A DNA stretch of 61,554 nucleotides from Gammaproteobacteria bacterium (GCA_020050355.1 JAGVKT010000036.1:67115-128668), one strand, 5' to 3'; positions 28,919-40,803 are shown, counted from the stretch's first letter. Program-made: numbers and translations. The notes: a model not told the origin generated them from the sequence alone.

Positions 28919-30796
28919 ATGAAGAAAACTTTAAAAATAATATTATGGATTATATTAGCGTTCATTATTTTATTGGGTGTAGGTGCCTTGGCTCTGGTAA
29001 AATTTGTGGATCCTAATGACTTTAAGCCTCAAATTGTTGCAGCGGTAAATAGTGCAACAGGACGACAACTAACTTTAACGGGCAAATTAAGCTGGAGCTT
29101 TTATCCCGAGGTTGGCATTCATGTAGGCGCAGCATCTTTAAGCAATCCACCAGGCTTTAGCCAAAATATTTTTGCTCAAATTGATTCTGCAAATTTAGCG
29201 ATAAGTTTTTGGGAGTTGATGCAAGGAAATATTAATTTCAGCGAACTCAACTTAAATGGATTAAAAGTATACTTAATTCAAAATCAAAATCGTAACAACT
29301 GGACTTTCAGTACGAATAGTCCACAAACAGCAACAAATAATACTAAATCAACATCCTCAGCAACAACAGGCAAGAGCCTTAATATTGAAGCCATAAGCAT
29401 CAATGATGGTGAGATTATTTTTGATGACAATCAAACGAAAAGCCATTACGCATTAGAGAATATAAATTTGAATGCCAATAATGTGGGACTAAATCATACT
29501 TTTCCTATAACCTTAGCAACCAATTACAATATAAATCAAAATATCACCGGCAGCTTAAAGGTCAACACCAAAATAAATTTTAATCAAAAAACACAAAAAT
29601 TATTATTAGAAGATTTAGGCGTAGCAACAAATATAAATTATCCTACAACAAACAATAAACTGCTGCTAAATAGTAATATTTCAGGGGATATTGCCGTTAA
29701 TTTTAACAATCAAACCATCAACACTAAGCAGCTTAATTTTGCATTAAATCAAATTTTAAAAGGGCAAATTACCAATTTACAAGTTAATAATTTTACAAAT
29801 CCAAAATTTTCTGGCAACTTAAGCACAGCAGTATTTTCATTAAAAGATTTATTAAATTCTATAGGAATAACTGATATAGCCATCGCCAATAAAACTATAT
29901 TGAATCAAAGCAATTTACAAACACAATTTACAGGAACTACAAACTCATTAAATTTAAATAATATTATTTTTAATCTTGGAGCAAGTCAATTAAAAGGCAC
30001 CATAAATATTAGTTCATTTATGCCCATGAGCCTTTCTGAAAATTTAATCTTGAATCAACTTGACGTTGCAGACTATGTAAATATTAAAGGTGCACGCTTG
30101 CCCATGCAAGGAATTACAAGCAATGGCACACTTCATGCTTCTTCAAGAGCGACATATCCTCGTGCCTTAAATGGCAATATTAATTTAAAAATCCAAAGTA
30201 TTATACTTAAAGGTTTTGATTTAAATGCTTTGATTAAGAGTTTAGGCGATACGGCGAATAGCCTAAAGAATTTACAGCAAGCCGCTGTGGCTACAAGCCA
30301 AGTACAACAACAAATGCAGCAATTAATGAATAACTCAAACATTAATCCTAATAATGGTGCAAGTACCGATCTAGGGGCACTAACAGCGCAACTCCAGATT
30401 CAACAAGGCGTGATTACTACGCCCGTAATGCAACTTCAAGGTCCTACCATAATGGCCAGAGGTAGCGGCAGCATTGATCTCGGAGCTGAAAATATAAACT
30501 ATGAATTAGATGCAACAATGCCTAGCAGCAATAATACATTTATTAGAAGCTTAGTAATTCCCTATCAAATCCAAGGAAACTTTAATAATATTTCTCAGGG
30601 TTTAAATTGGGTCTCTTTAAATGCACAAATTCTAAAATATTTATTAGTAGAAATCTCGAAAGGAGTACAGGGCACAGTCACGCAAGTACTACAACAAACA
30701 GTAAAACAAATCCAAGTTGGGGGCCAAGGAGCGGCAGACATTGGTAGCACTGCTGCCAAAGCTTTGAATTCATTGCTTGGAGGCCAGGGAAATTAG
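28919..30796 (+). CDS. asmA: AsmA family protein
   Basis: N-terminal TM, DPNDFKPQI...ATGRQL.L.G.LSWSFYP; C-terminal G.GSIDL...INY.L, IPYQIQG. Confidence 0.85.
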   Translation: MKKTLKIILWIILAFIILLGVGALALVKFVDPNDFKPQIVAAVNSATGRQLTLTGKLSWSFYPEVGIHVGAASLSNPPGFSQNIFAQIDSANLAISFWELMQGNINFSELNLNGLKVYLIQNQNRNNWTFSTNSPQTATNNTKSTSSATTGKSLNIEAISINDGEIIFDDNQTKSHYALENINLNANNVGLNHTFPITLATNYNINQNITGSLKVNTKINFNQKTQKLLLEDLGVATNINYPTTNNKLLLNSNISGDIAVNFNNQTINTKQLNFALNQILKGQITNLQVNNFTNPKFSGNLSTAVFSLKDLLNSIGITDIAIANKTILNQSNLQTQFTGTTNSLNLNNIIFNLGASQLKGTINISSFMPMSLSENLILNQLDVADYVNIKGARLPMQGITSNGTLHASSRATYPRALNGNINLKIQSIILKGFDLNALIKSLGDTANSLKNLQQAAVATSQVQQQMQQLMNNSNINPNNGASTDLGALTAQLQIQQGVITTPVMQLQGPTIMARGSGSIDLGAENINYELDATMPSSNNTFIRSLVIPYQIQGNFNNISQGLNWVSLNAQILKYLLVEISKGVQGTVTQVLQQTVKQIQVGGQGAADIGSTAAKALNSLLGGQGN

Positions 30797-30814
30797 CCAT
30801 GATTAATAATTTTT

Positions 30815-32374
30815 ATGAGTAAACATCTCTTTAAATCTACTTCACTAGTCGGGATTTTAACTCTCATTACCCGCATTGCCGGTTTCATGCGAGAGAATAT
30901 CTTTGCTATTATTTTTGGTGCAACCGGCGAAATGGATGCTTTTGTAATTGCTTTTCGCATTCCTAATTTTTTGAGAAAAATTTTTGCAGAAGGTGCTTTT
31001 TCACAAGCATTTATCCCCGTATTAACTGAAGTGAGAATCCAAAAAAATCATCAAGAATTATCAGAGTTAATCGCTCGAGTATCTGGAACTTTAAGTATTA
31101 TTTTAATAGGTGTTACACTTCTTGGAATATTTGGATCAACCGCTTGGGCTGCTTTATTTGCACCTTCTTATCTGAAACAACCAGATAAATTTATTTTATT
31201 AAACCATTTATTAAAAATTATGTTTCCTTATATATTTTTTATTGCGCTGACGGGACTTTATAGTAGCGTACAAAATGTCTTCAATCGCTATGCTATACCC
31301 GCGGCAACTCCTTTAATTTTAAGTTTATGCATGGGTTGGGCTGCTGTCAGTTTAACACGTTACTTTCCTAATTATCCTATTGAAGCTGTGGCGTATGGCA
31401 TACTTTTAGCGGGGTTATTGCAATTATTAATTCAATTACCTTTTATTTGGAATTTACGCTTGTTAGTACGCCCTAAATGGGGCTGGCATGATATGTATGT
31501 TCGCAGAATTGTAAAAATGATGCTACCAGCACTTTTTGGAGTTTCGGTTGCACAAATTGGAATGTTGATTGATAGTATGTACGCTACTTTTTTACCTACA
31601 GGCAGTGTTTCTTGGCTTTATTATGCCGATCGCTTAATGCAATTTCCTTTAGGTGTTTTTGGCATCGCCTTGGCCACTGTAGTAATGCCGCATTTATCTA
31701 GGCAAATTGCGGGTAGCAATATTGACGAATTCAAACGCTCTATTGAGTGGTCATTAAAATTAATTTTTTTAATTGCTTTGCCTTGTGCTGTAGGACTAGC
31801 AGTCCTCGCAGGCCCTATCCTAGTAACCTTATTCGAATACGGCAAATTTAATTATCAAGATATGCTCATGACTAAAGAAAGCCTTTGGGCTTTTTCTGCG
31901 GGATTATTTTTCTTCATTATGGTAAAAATTGCCGTCTCTGCTTTTTATTCACGTCAAGATATGAAAACACCAATGAAAGTAGGCATCTTTGCAGTACTCA
32001 CAAATATTATTTTAAATTCAATTTTGATTTTTCCACTGAAACATGTAGGCCTCGCCTTAGCCACTTCAATCGCAGCTATGGTAAATACCTTGACCTTGTT
32101 ACTCATTTTAAAAAAGCAAAACATGCTAAGTTTTAGCCCAGGATGGACAAAATTACTAATCGCTATTGTTGTTGCAAATGCAGCAATGGCTTATGTAATT
32201 TTTATATTACAAGGTCAATTAATAAATTGGATTAGTTGGCCAGTATGGGAACGTGTTTTACATTTAACTTGTTTGATCATTGGTGGCGTTGGCGTTTATT
32301 TTTTAGTTTTATGGCTTTTGGGTATACGCAAACATGACTTTATAATGAAGGATACCCATGTCATCCCTCATTAA
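30815..32374 (+). CDS. murJ: Lipid II flippase MurJ
   Basis: DAFVIAFRIPNFLRKIFAEGAFSQAFIP, YYADRLMQFPLG. Confidence 0.97.
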   Translation: MSKHLFKSTSLVGILTLITRIAGFMRENIFAIIFGATGEMDAFVIAFRIPNFLRKIFAEGAFSQAFIPVLTEVRIQKNHQELSELIARVSGTLSIILIGVTLLGIFGSTAWAALFAPSYLKQPDKFILLNHLLKIMFPYIFFIALTGLYSSVQNVFNRYAIPAATPLILSLCMGWAAVSLTRYFPNYPIEAVAYGILLAGLLQLLIQLPFIWNLRLLVRPKWGWHDMYVRRIVKMMLPALFGVSVAQIGMLIDSMYATFLPTGSVSWLYYADRLMQFPLGVFGIALATVVMPHLSRQIAGSNIDEFKRSIEWSLKLIFLIALPCAVGLAVLAGPILVTLFEYGKFNYQDMLMTKESLWAFSAGLFFFIMVKIAVSAFYSRQDMKTPMKVGIFAVLTNIILNSILIFPLKHVGLALATSIAAMVNTLTLLLILKKQNMLSFSPGWTKLLIAIVVANAAMAYVIFILQGQLINWISWPVWERVLHLTCLIIGGVGVYFLVLWLLGIRKHDFIMKDTHVIPH

Positions 32375-33263
32375 AAAAAATAAAACTACTGTAGTTACTA
32401 TTGGTAATTTTGATGGCGTGCATTTAGGCCACCAGGCTATTGCAGCAGCAGTTGTAGCGGAGGCTAGAAAAAATCAAGCTATCAGCGTTGTTGTTTTATT
32501 TGAACCCCATCCAAAAGAATTTTTTTTAAAAGAGCTGGCCCCGCGGCGCCTACAAGGATTACGCGATAAAATAAAAATATTAAAAAATTTTGGCATAGAT
32601 GAAGTAGTATGCCTAAGATTCAATAAAAAATTTGCGAACCTAACACCACAAGAATTTATAAAAGTTATATTGCGCCAAAAGCTACATGCAACAACTTTAG
32701 TTTTAGGCACAGATTTTTGCTTTGGAAAAAATCGCAGCGGTAATATTGCCACACTCAAAGAGGCCGGTTTTAAGCTCATAGAACTTCCTACTGTTAATTA
32801 CCATAATGCTAAAATTAGCAGCACCTGGCTAAGAGAAACCATACTCATGAATGATTTTCGCTTGGCAGAAAAATTAATGAACCATCCTTATATTATTTCA
32901 GGGCATGTCATCCATGGCAATAAACATGGGCGCTTGCTCGGATATCCAACAATTAATCTTCCTCTTAAAAGCAATATCGTACTCCATGGTATCTATGCTG
33001 TACATGTTAAATTGGCCGACAAAATTTATGAAGGTGTTGCTAACGTAGGACGACGTCCTGCGCTAAATCCGCTACCATATCCTTTGCTAGAAGTTTATCT
33101 ATTTGACTACCATCAAGAATGTTATGGTGCCATTGTTGAAGTTATTTTCATAACCAAAATTCGTGAAGAACAAAATTTTGATACCGTAATAAACTTAAAA
33201 ATACAAATCGGTAAAGATGTAGAGCTTGCAAAAAAATTATTGATGAAGTTTGCCTATGTCTAA
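32358..33263 (+). CDS. ribF: Bifunctional riboflavin kinase/FAD synthetase
   Basis: IGNFDGVHLGHQ, FEPHP, ISST, GYPTIN, IREE. Confidence 0.95.
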   Translation: MSSLIKKNKTTVVTIGNFDGVHLGHQAIAAAVVAEARKNQAISVVVLFEPHPKEFFLKELAPRRLQGLRDKIKILKNFGIDEVVCLRFNKKFANLTPQEFIKVILRQKLHATTLVLGTDFCFGKNRSGNIATLKEAGFKLIELPTVNYHNAKISSTWLRETILMNDFRLAEKLMNHPYIISGHVIHGNKHGRLLGYPTINLPLKSNIVLHGIYAVHVKLADKIYEGVANVGRRPALNPLPYPLLEVYLFDYHQECYGAIVEVIFITKIREEQNFDTVINLKIQIGKDVELAKKLLMKFAYV

Positions 33264-34143
33264 AATGCTTAAAACTGTTAAAGACTTTGTACACTATGCC
33301 ATTCAACAATTTAAACAACATCATGTTTATTATGGCCATGGCACAACGAATGCCAAAGATGAAGCCTGGTGGTTGGTTCTCGGTTTTTTAAAATTACCAC
33401 TTATAGAGCGTGAAGAATTTTCTGAAAAAATACTAAATCCAACAGAACAACAAGCTTTATTATTACTAATTGAACGACGAGCTAAAGAAAAAATTCCTGT
33501 GGCCTATTTGCTACAAGAAGCCTATCTACGTGGCTATAAGTTTTATGTTAACAAAGATGTTTTGATTCCACGCTCTCCCATTGCTGAATTAATAGAACAG
33601 CGTTTTGCACCCTGGTTTCCTAGCAATAAGATTGCACATAATATTCTAGATTTATGTACGGGTAGCGCTTGTTTAGCAATTTTATGTGCGTATTATTTTA
33701 AAGAAGCACAAGTAAATGCAAGTGATATTTCGCCAGCAGCGCTCAGAGTAGCAGAAAAAAATATTAAGCAGCATCAACTAGAAAAAAAATTAACGCTGAT
33801 TCAATCAGATCTTTTTGTTAATATACCCAAAAAGCGCTACGATATTATTATAAGTAATCCACCTTATGTAGATGCAAAAGATTTAAAAACTATGCCAGAA
33901 GAATATCATCATGAACCTAGGCTCGGTCTAGCCGCTGGAGAAGATGGTTTGGCTATTGTCAGAAGAATTATAAATCAAGCTAAAGAATATTTAACCAACG
34001 AGGGATTATTAATCGTGGAAGTGGGCAACAGTCAAACCGCATTAATAAAAGCATATCCCCAGTTACCTTTCATCTGGTTAGAGTTTGAATATGGTGGCTC
34101 CGGGGTATTTTTGCTACATCAAAAAGATTTAAAAAGAGGTTAA
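33256..34143 (+). CDS. prmB: Ribosomal protein L3 glutamine methyltransferase
   Basis: YGHGT.NA.DEA, PRSPIAELI, DLCTGS, SNPPY, PEEYHHEP, VEVGNS. Confidence 0.93.
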   Translation: MSKMLKTVKDFVHYAIQQFKQHHVYYGHGTTNAKDEAWWLVLGFLKLPLIEREEFSEKILNPTEQQALLLLIERRAKEKIPVAYLLQEAYLRGYKFYVNKDVLIPRSPIAELIEQRFAPWFPSNKIAHNILDLCTGSACLAILCAYYFKEAQVNASDISPAALRVAEKNIKQHQLEKKLTLIQSDLFVNIPKKRYDIIISNPPYVDAKDLKTMPEEYHHEPRLGLAAGEDGLAIVRRIINQAKEYLTNEGLLIVEVGNSQTALIKAYPQLPFIWLEFEYGGSGVFLLHQKDLKRG

Positions 34144-34144
34144 A

Positions 34145-35257
34145 ATGCAGCAGGTAGCACTTATAGGCATGCGTGGATTGGTAGGTTCCGTATTAATGCA
34201 ACGCATGCATGAAGAAGGTGATTTTAAAAACTTTGAGCCACATTTTTTTTCTACTTCTCAAGCTGGAAAACCTACACAACTTCTTGGTTTTGAGCATCAT
34301 CGCTATCAAGATGCCTACGATCTGCAAGCTTTAAAAAATTATCCTATCATTTTAAGTTGCCAAGGAGGTGCTTATACTGAAAAAATATTCGCACCATTAC
34401 GTAAATTATGGAACGGTTATTTTATAGATGCTGCATCAACCTTGCGAATGCAAGAAGATGCTATGATCATTTTTGATCCAATCAATGGCACCGCATTAAA
34501 AGAGGGGATACACAAAGGCATTAAAAATTTTGTGGGCAGTAACTGCACGGTCAGCTTATTGTTATTCGCACTTAATGGTTTAATTAAAGAGGATTTAATT
34601 GAGTGGCTCACCGTCATGACCTATCAAGCTGCTTCCGGTGCAGGTGCTGAAGTCATGCGAGAATTATTATTACAAATGTATGCAATGACAGCACCATTAA
34701 TTCACGATTTGCAGATACCCGAAAAAAACATGCTTACGCTTGAACGTGCAGCAACAGCAATACAGATTTCTAAAAATTTACCCACAAAAGCAACCTTGAA
34801 GCCGTTAGCTGGAAATTTATTGCCCTGGATTGATAGCGATCTTGGAACAGGCGTAAGTCGAGAAGAAGCAAAAATGCAGGCTGAAGCACAAAAGATTCTT
34901 AATAAAAAAAATATAAACATGGATGGTTTATGTGTGCGTGTCGGCACTTTACGCTGTCACAGTCAGGCTATTACCATGAAATTAAAGCGCGCGCTTAAAA
35001 TTGAAACACTTATTGAAATTTTGCGAGCAGACAATTCATGGATCAAGGTTGTTGAAAATACTAAAGATGCAACTTTAAATGAATTAACGCCGATGGCAAT
35101 AACTGGAACACTAACAATTGCAATTGGTCGCTTACGCAAATTAAATGTTTCCGATGAAATTTGGAGCGCATTTACTATAGGTGACCAATTATTATGGGGC
35201 GCTGCTGAACCACTGCGAAGATTTTTAAAAATACTATTAAATGAAAAACGAAAATAA
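34145..35257 (+). CDS. asd: Aspartate-semialdehyde dehydrogenase
   Basis: G.RGLVGSVLMQRM, IDAASTLRM, NCTVSL, TYQAASG, GDQLLWGAAEPLRR. Confidence 0.96.
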   Translation: MQQVALIGMRGLVGSVLMQRMHEEGDFKNFEPHFFSTSQAGKPTQLLGFEHHRYQDAYDLQALKNYPIILSCQGGAYTEKIFAPLRKLWNGYFIDAASTLRMQEDAMIIFDPINGTALKEGIHKGIKNFVGSNCTVSLLLFALNGLIKEDLIEWLTVMTYQAASGAGAEVMRELLLQMYAMTAPLIHDLQIPEKNMLTLERAATAIQISKNLPTKATLKPLAGNLLPWIDSDLGTGVSREEAKMQAEAQKILNKKNINMDGLCVRVGTLRCHSQAITMKLKRALKIETLIEILRADNSWIKVVENTKDATLNELTPMAITGTLTIAIGRLRKLNVSDEIWSAFTIGDQLLWGAAEPLRRFLKILLNEKRK

Positions 35258-36681
35258 TGATGACAACATATTTATTTTATGACCTAGAAACGTCTGGCTT
35301 AAATCCTTGTTTTGATCAAGTATACCAATTCGCAGCCATTCGCACAGACTTAGAATTAAATAACTTAGAAGAAATTGAAATTGAAGTAAAACCCACCTGC
35401 GATATTATCCCAAGCCCTATGGCTATGGTCACGCATCAAGTTCCGATTAGCAAACTTCTGAAAGAGGGCGTAAGCGAGGCACTTGCCATTGAAAAAATCC
35501 ACAAACTCTTCAATCAGCCTGGTACTATCAGCTTAGGTTACAACACATTAACTTTTGATGATGAATTCTTGCGATTTAATTTTTATCGGCATTTATTGAC
35601 GCCTTATACGCATCAATTTAAAGATAATTGTTGCCGAATGGATCTTTATCCGATGTTAATTTTTTACTATCTTTATCGTCCAAAGTGTTTAAATTGGCCT
35701 GAGATCAATGCAAAAATTTCTTTTAGGTTAGAGCATTTAAGTAGTCATAATCAGTTGGCAGACGGCCAAGCACACCATGCAATGGTTGATGTACGCGCCA
35801 CACTAGCATTGGCAAAGTTACTAAAACAAGCAGATGCAGAAATTTGGAACTATCTCCAAGGATTTTTTAATAAATTTACCGAACAAGAGCGGCACGCAAA
35901 CTTACCTGAAATAAAAATCTCAGCCAATTCATATAAAATTGGGCTCATGATTGATCCCAAATTAGGAAGCAATATAAATTTTCAAGCTCCCCTAATAAAT
36001 TTAGGTTTACATCGGCATTATAAGAACCAAAATTGTTGGCTGCGCTTAGATCGAGATTTAACTCAAAGTACTACAGAAAATATTCTTGAGCATACCTGGG
36101 TCATTAACAAAAAATGGTGCGAAGCTCCTTTTATTCTTCCATTAAAACCAAGATTCATTCGTTATGATGATCAAATAAATAAAATTTTAGAAAATAATTT
36201 GAAATTTTTAGCTGCACATCCAGAATTATTAAAAATAATTATTGAACATTATTTAGAATACAAACACCCCATTCAGCCCAACACTGATATTGATGCCATG
36301 CTCTATCAAATGGGCTTTATGAATCCTCAAGATGAATTTTTAACTAAAAAATTTCACGAAGCCACACCCACAGAAAAAATTAAATTAAAAAATAATTTTA
36401 CTAATCATGAATTACAAGGTCTTGCCGAACGTTATTTAGGCCGATTTTATCCTGATATGTTGAGTCAAAAAGAAAAATTAAAATTCATGGATTATTTAGC
36501 AATAGTTTACGAGCGTGAAGATATACAGATTACTGATTACAAATGTAAGCCAAAAGCTTTAAGAAAAGCCATTTTAAAAGAAATTGCTTTATTAATACAA
36601 AACGAAAATTTTAGCGATGAACAATCATACTGTCTAAAAGATTTACAAAACTATTTAGAAGCGCTAACGATTAATCATTAA
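35257..36681 (+). CDS. sbcB: Exodeoxyribonuclease I
   Basis: FYDLETSG..P.FDQ..QFAAIRTD, GYN...FDDEF, AH.AMVDV.AT. Confidence 0.92.
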   Translation: MMTTYLFYDLETSGLNPCFDQVYQFAAIRTDLELNNLEEIEIEVKPTCDIIPSPMAMVTHQVPISKLLKEGVSEALAIEKIHKLFNQPGTISLGYNTLTFDDEFLRFNFYRHLLTPYTHQFKDNCCRMDLYPMLIFYYLYRPKCLNWPEINAKISFRLEHLSSHNQLADGQAHHAMVDVRATLALAKLLKQADAEIWNYLQGFFNKFTEQERHANLPEIKISANSYKIGLMIDPKLGSNINFQAPLINLGLHRHYKNQNCWLRLDRDLTQSTTENILEHTWVINKKWCEAPFILPLKPRFIRYDDQINKILENNLKFLAAHPELLKIIIEHYLEYKHPIQPNTDIDAMLYQMGFMNPQDEFLTKKFHEATPTEKIKLKNNFTNHELQGLAERYLGRFYPDMLSQKEKLKFMDYLAIVYEREDIQITDYKCKPKALRKAILKEIALLIQNENFSDEQSYCLKDLQNYLEALTINH

Positions 36682-37243
36682 AAAGATGACCTAAACGCTC
36701 TTGTTTACTTTTAATATAACGTTCGTTTTCAGGAAGCGGTGGAATAATCAAAGCCTGACGCTCGACATCAAAACCTGCCTCTTTAAGTGCTTTAATTTTA
36801 AGTGGATTATTACTAAGCAAAATTAATTTATTAATTTTAAAAAACTTTAACACATCAACTGCATCATGATATTCCCGCGAATCAACCTCAAAACCTAATT
36901 TGAGATTAGCATCAACCGTATCATAGCCTTGTTCTTGCAAAGCATAGGCGCGAATTTTTTCACTCAACCCCATGCCACGACCTTCTTGTGATAAATAAAT
37001 AAGTAGGCCACTGCTTTGGTTAATAAGCTCAAGGGCTTGATGCAGTTGTGGGCCACAATCACAACGTTTAGAACCAAAAATATCACCAGTAACACATGAG
37101 GAATGAACTCGTACCAGAGGACGCTCAGAAAAGGGTGCTTTTGCAAGCACGACCACTTCTACTTGCTTATCATCTTTAAAGACATGAATATTAAAATTAC
37201 CATAAATAGTAGCAAGTTGCGCAACGCTTATTGGCTTAATCAT
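36671..37243 (-). CDS. ribA: GTP cyclohydrolase II
   Basis: LVRVHSSCVTGDIFGSKRCDCG.QL, QEGRG.GL, NNP.K. Confidence 0.95.
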   Translation of the reverse strand: MIKPISVAQLATIYGNFNIHVFKDDKQVEVVVLAKAPFSERPLVRVHSSCVTGDIFGSKRCDCGPQLHQALELINQSSGLLIYLSQEGRGMGLSEKIRAYALQEQGYDTVDANLKLGFEVDSREYHDAVDVLKFFKINKLILLSNNPLKIKALKEAGFDVERQALIIPPLPENERYIKSKQERLGHLFND

Positions 37244-37281
37244 ATTCCCAAATCCTCTCCTTTTTTGACCAAGTGATGATT

Positions 37282-38646
37282 TTACAAAATATATCGGCTC
37301 AAGTCTTCATTTTCAGCCAAATTTTTTAAACTTGCATCTACATATTTAACATCAACCTTAATAGTACTGCCACCTTTATCCGAAGCTTCAAAAGAAATTT
37401 TTTCAAGCAAATGTTCTAACACTGTGTGCAAGCGCCGAGCGCCAATGTTTTCAAGCCGTTCATTGACTTGCCAAGCGATTTCTGCAATACGTTGAATTGC
37501 TTTTTTATCAAATTGCAAAGTTACTTTTTCCGTGGCCATTAATTCAACGTATTGTTTAATTAAAGAAGCTGAAGGCTCGGTAAGAATTTTATAAAAATCC
37601 TCCGTAGTCAAACCTTTCAACTCTACACGAATAGGTAAGCGTCCTTGTAATTCCGGAATAAGATCAGAAGGTTTAGCTAAATGAAACGCCCCCGAGGCAA
37701 TAAATAAAATATGATCCGTCTTAATCATGCCATATTTGGTAGATACGGTCGAACCCTCAACCAAAGGTAATAAATCTCTTTGTACACCTTCGCGAGAAAT
37801 ATCAGCACCTGAAACTTCGCCACGGCGGCAGATCTTGTCTATTTCATCAATAAAAACAACCCCATTTTGTTCAACATTTTCTACTGCTTTACGCTTAGTA
37901 TCATCTTCATTAATTAATTTACTTGCTTCTTCATCGATCAACAAACGTCGAGCTTCTTTTATTTTCATTTTACGCTTTTTGGTGCGCTCTTTATTAAGAT
38001 TTTGAAATAAATCTTGCAATTGATTAGTCATTTCTTCCATACCAGGAGGTCCCATGATTTCCATGTGAGAAGAGGGGACAATGAGATCAATTTCAATTTC
38101 CATATCTTCTAAAGCACCTTGACGTAGTTGGGTACGGAAAGTTTCTCGTGCAATAGATTTTTCTTCAGAACCTTGATCTAGGATTTCTTTAATTTCATTA
38201 GAAAAACCAATATGGCTGCCTACTTTTTTACTCTTTAACGGTGGAACAATCGCATCTAAAATTCGCTCCTCACATAATTCTTCAGCACGATGCTGCACAC
38301 GCTCTTTAGCTTTTTGTTTTTCCATTTTAATAGCAACTTCAACAAGATCTCTGATAATAGATTCCACATCGCGGCCTACATAACCTACTTCAGTAAATTT
38401 TGTAGCTTCAACTTTAATAAAAGGCGCATTAGCCAATTTTGCTAAACGTCTAGCAATTTCAGTCTTACCTACACCAGTAGGACCAATCATCAAAATATTT
38501 TTTGGAGTAACCTCAAGACGAAACTCATCAGGTAATTGCATCCGGCGCCAGCGATTACGCAAAGCGATAGCAACAGCACGCTTTGCTTCATTTTGTCCAA
38601 TAATATGTCGATTTAATTCATGAACAATTTCTTTGGGCGTCATCAT
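37282..38646 (-). CDS. hslU: ATP-dependent protease ATPase subunit HslU
   Basis: [41 protein letters not shown]. Confidence 0.97.
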   Translation of the reverse strand: MMTPKEIVHELNRHIIGQNEAKRAVAIALRNRWRRMQLPDEFRLEVTPKNILMIGPTGVGKTEIARRLAKLANAPFIKVEATKFTEVGYVGRDVESIIRDLVEVAIKMEKQKAKERVQHRAEELCEERILDAIVPPLKSKKVGSHIGFSNEIKEILDQGSEEKSIARETFRTQLRQGALEDMEIEIDLIVPSSHMEIMGPPGMEEMTNQLQDLFQNLNKERTKKRKMKIKEARRLLIDEEASKLINEDDTKRKAVENVEQNGVVFIDEIDKICRRGEVSGADISREGVQRDLLPLVEGSTVSTKYGMIKTDHILFIASGAFHLAKPSDLIPELQGRLPIRVELKGLTTEDFYKILTEPSASLIKQYVELMATEKVTLQFDKKAIQRIAEIAWQVNERLENIGARRLHTVLEHLLEKISFEASDKGGSTIKVDVKYVDASLKNLAENEDLSRYIL

Positions 38647-38710
38647 AATTTTGTTTCCTTTCATTTCAATAAAAAATTAGCGCATGGGATTTAGAGAATT
38701 TAAAAATTAA

Positions 38711-39274
38711 TTATTGCTGGCTATCTGAACTAATCTCTTCAATGGTAAAATTATGATTTGTATAGATACAAATATCAGCGGCAATATTCAAGCTTTTTTC
38801 TACAATATCTTTTGCCCCTAATTTAGTATTTTCAACTAAAGCGCGCGCTGCAGAGCGAGCAAAAGCAGCACCAGAACCAATAGACATGACGCCATATTTA
38901 TCTGCTGCCATAACATCGCCAGTACCTGAAATAAGCAATGTAGTTTGTTTATCAGCAACCAATAACATAGCTTCTAAACGCCGCAAAGCACGATCAGAAC
39001 GCCAATCACGCACTAACTCTACTGCAGCACGCTCAAGATGGCCTTGATAAGCTTCAAGCTTAGCTTCAAAGCGCTCAAAAAGGGTAAAAGCATCAGCAGT
39101 AGCCCCAGCAAAACCCGCGATAATTTGATTCTTATAAAGCTTACGCACTTTACAAATATTATCTTTAGCAATCATATTGCCCATGGTTGCTTGCCCATCA
39201 CCACCAATGACTACCTTATTGCCACGGCGAACCGCAAGGATAGTAGTACCATAAAGCAGATTGTTTTGTTCCAT
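38711..39274 (-). CDS. hslV: ATP-dependent protease peptidase subunit HslV
   Basis: Short propeptide then [33 protein letters not shown]. Confidence 0.97.
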   Translation of the reverse strand: MEQNNLLYGTTILAVRRGNKVVIGGDGQATMGNMIAKDNICKVRKLYKNQIIAGFAGATADAFTLFERFEAKLEAYQGHLERAAVELVRDWRSDRALRRLEAMLLVADKQTTLLISGTGDVMAADKYGVMSIGSGAAFARSAARALVENTKLGAKDIVEKSLNIAADICIYTNHNFTIEEISSDSQQ

Positions 39275-39302
39275 AAAATTTTCTCTTAAGTTATTAAATA
39301 AG

Positions 39303-39333
39303 AAATGGAGACAAATTAGAATATTTCAAGGGG
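39303..39333 (-). promoter_or_regulatory. Sigma32 (RpoH) heat-shock promoter of hslVU
   Basis: Minus strand CCCCTTGAAA-N13-CTCCATTT matches the CTTGAA / CCCCAT consensus. Confidence 0.75.
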
Positions 39334-39337
39334 GGTA

Positions 39338-40732
39338 TTAGTATTGGAGTTTTTGACGTATAACCAAACGCTCACCTACATGAATATGCGAATGCGCATC
39401 TAAGTTATTCCACTGCATCAAAAGGAATAAACTCACATGATATTTTTTAGCAATATGTGAAAGCGTATCTCCTGGATTTACTACATAAGTAACATTGGTA
39501 TAAGCAGAAGTCCTATCACGAGGATATTTAAGTCGCTGACCATATTGGATCTGATCATGAGTTAAATGATTATATTGTTTGAGTTTAACAATACTTACAC
39601 CTGTTAAACGACTTACGCTATCAAGAGTATCTCCTCGCCGCACAACATAATAAGCATAAGTTCCCTGCGCTTGAGTAGTATAGTAATAACGTTCAAGCCC
39701 AGTTACACCAGGATTAGCAGCACAATTTTGCTCAAAGGTATTAACCTTATCAATAGGTAAATTCAAAGTATAATGGCCCCGAGAAACAGGGGGCGTTACC
39801 CCATGAACAAAGCCAGGATTCAAAACTTTTAATTCTGATTCATTCATCCCAGCAAATTTTGCTGCTTGGGATAGACTCATTTGCTTGGGAATTTTTGCAG
39901 ATGCTACCAACGGAGTATTTTGAATATCAGGTAAGACTACTCCATATTTTGCTGGGTTATTAACAATAATAGCTAAAGCTAAAAATTGTGGGACATAGTT
40001 TTCGGTAGCATAGGGTAGGCGCAGTGACCAATAATCTAGGGGCAGCCCTAAGTTTTGATTACGTGCCACAGCATTTTGTATGGTACCTTCTCCTGCATTA
40101 TAAGCTGCAATGGCAAGCAGCCAATCACCATTAAAATAATTATAAAGATATTTTAAATAATCTAATGCTGCATTCGTAGATTCAGCAACGCTCATACGGC
40201 TATTAAACCAATAATTATCAGTAGTTAAACCAAAACGTTTTGCTGTTTGTCGCATCAATTGCCATACGCCCAAAGCACCGCAATAAGAACGTGCATAAGG
40301 CCTAAAGCCACTTTCAACAATAGGCAATAATGCTAATTCAGTAGGAAGATTTTTTTGTTGAATATCTTGCACAATCGTATAAAGATAAGGCTTAGCTTGA
40401 GTAGTAATGGCCAAAATTAATGCAGGATTTTTTGCATACATTTGTACAAAATACTGCACCCGCGGACTATTGTAATAATGATTCATAGTAAATCCAGCAC
40501 GAATCACATCCCACAGGGAAGTATATTGACCATTAATCATCGGACCTGAAGTTTTAATAGATTCTTGATCTTGCGGTACTGAAGGGGCTTGAGGAAGCAC
40601 TTTATTGTTGATATCTATCTGAGGTGCGCTAGTTTTATTTTTTAAAGATTCTTGATCATGAGCACAGCCAATTAAACTTAAAATACCTAAGCACAAAAAG
40701 AACAATCGTATAAGCTGACCAAATCTCTGCAT
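39338..40732 (-). CDS. mltD: Membrane-bound lytic murein transglycosylase D (SLT + 2 LysM), lipoprotein
   Basis: LIGC lipobox, LPIVESG, GVWQLM, AAYNAGEG, two LysM repeats (Y.V..GDTL). Confidence 0.9.
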   Translation of the reverse strand: MQRFGQLIRLFFLCLGILSLIGCAHDQESLKNKTSAPQIDINNKVLPQAPSVPQDQESIKTSGPMINGQYTSLWDVIRAGFTMNHYYNSPRVQYFVQMYAKNPALILAITTQAKPYLYTIVQDIQQKNLPTELALLPIVESGFRPYARSYCGALGVWQLMRQTAKRFGLTTDNYWFNSRMSVAESTNAALDYLKYLYNYFNGDWLLAIAAYNAGEGTIQNAVARNQNLGLPLDYWSLRLPYATENYVPQFLALAIIVNNPAKYGVVLPDIQNTPLVASAKIPKQMSLSQAAKFAGMNESELKVLNPGFVHGVTPPVSRGHYTLNLPIDKVNTFEQNCAANPGVTGLERYYYTTQAQGTYAYYVVRRGDTLDSVSRLTGVSIVKLKQYNHLTHDQIQYGQRLKYPRDRTSAYTNVTYVVNPGDTLSHIAKKYHVSLFLLMQWNNLDAHSHIHVGERLVIRQKLQY

Positions 40733-40803
40733 TATTATTTCCAAATTTTGAGTAAAGCGCCTATAATAAAAAACTTGCAACCTAAAATCATACTCGAGAC
40801 CCT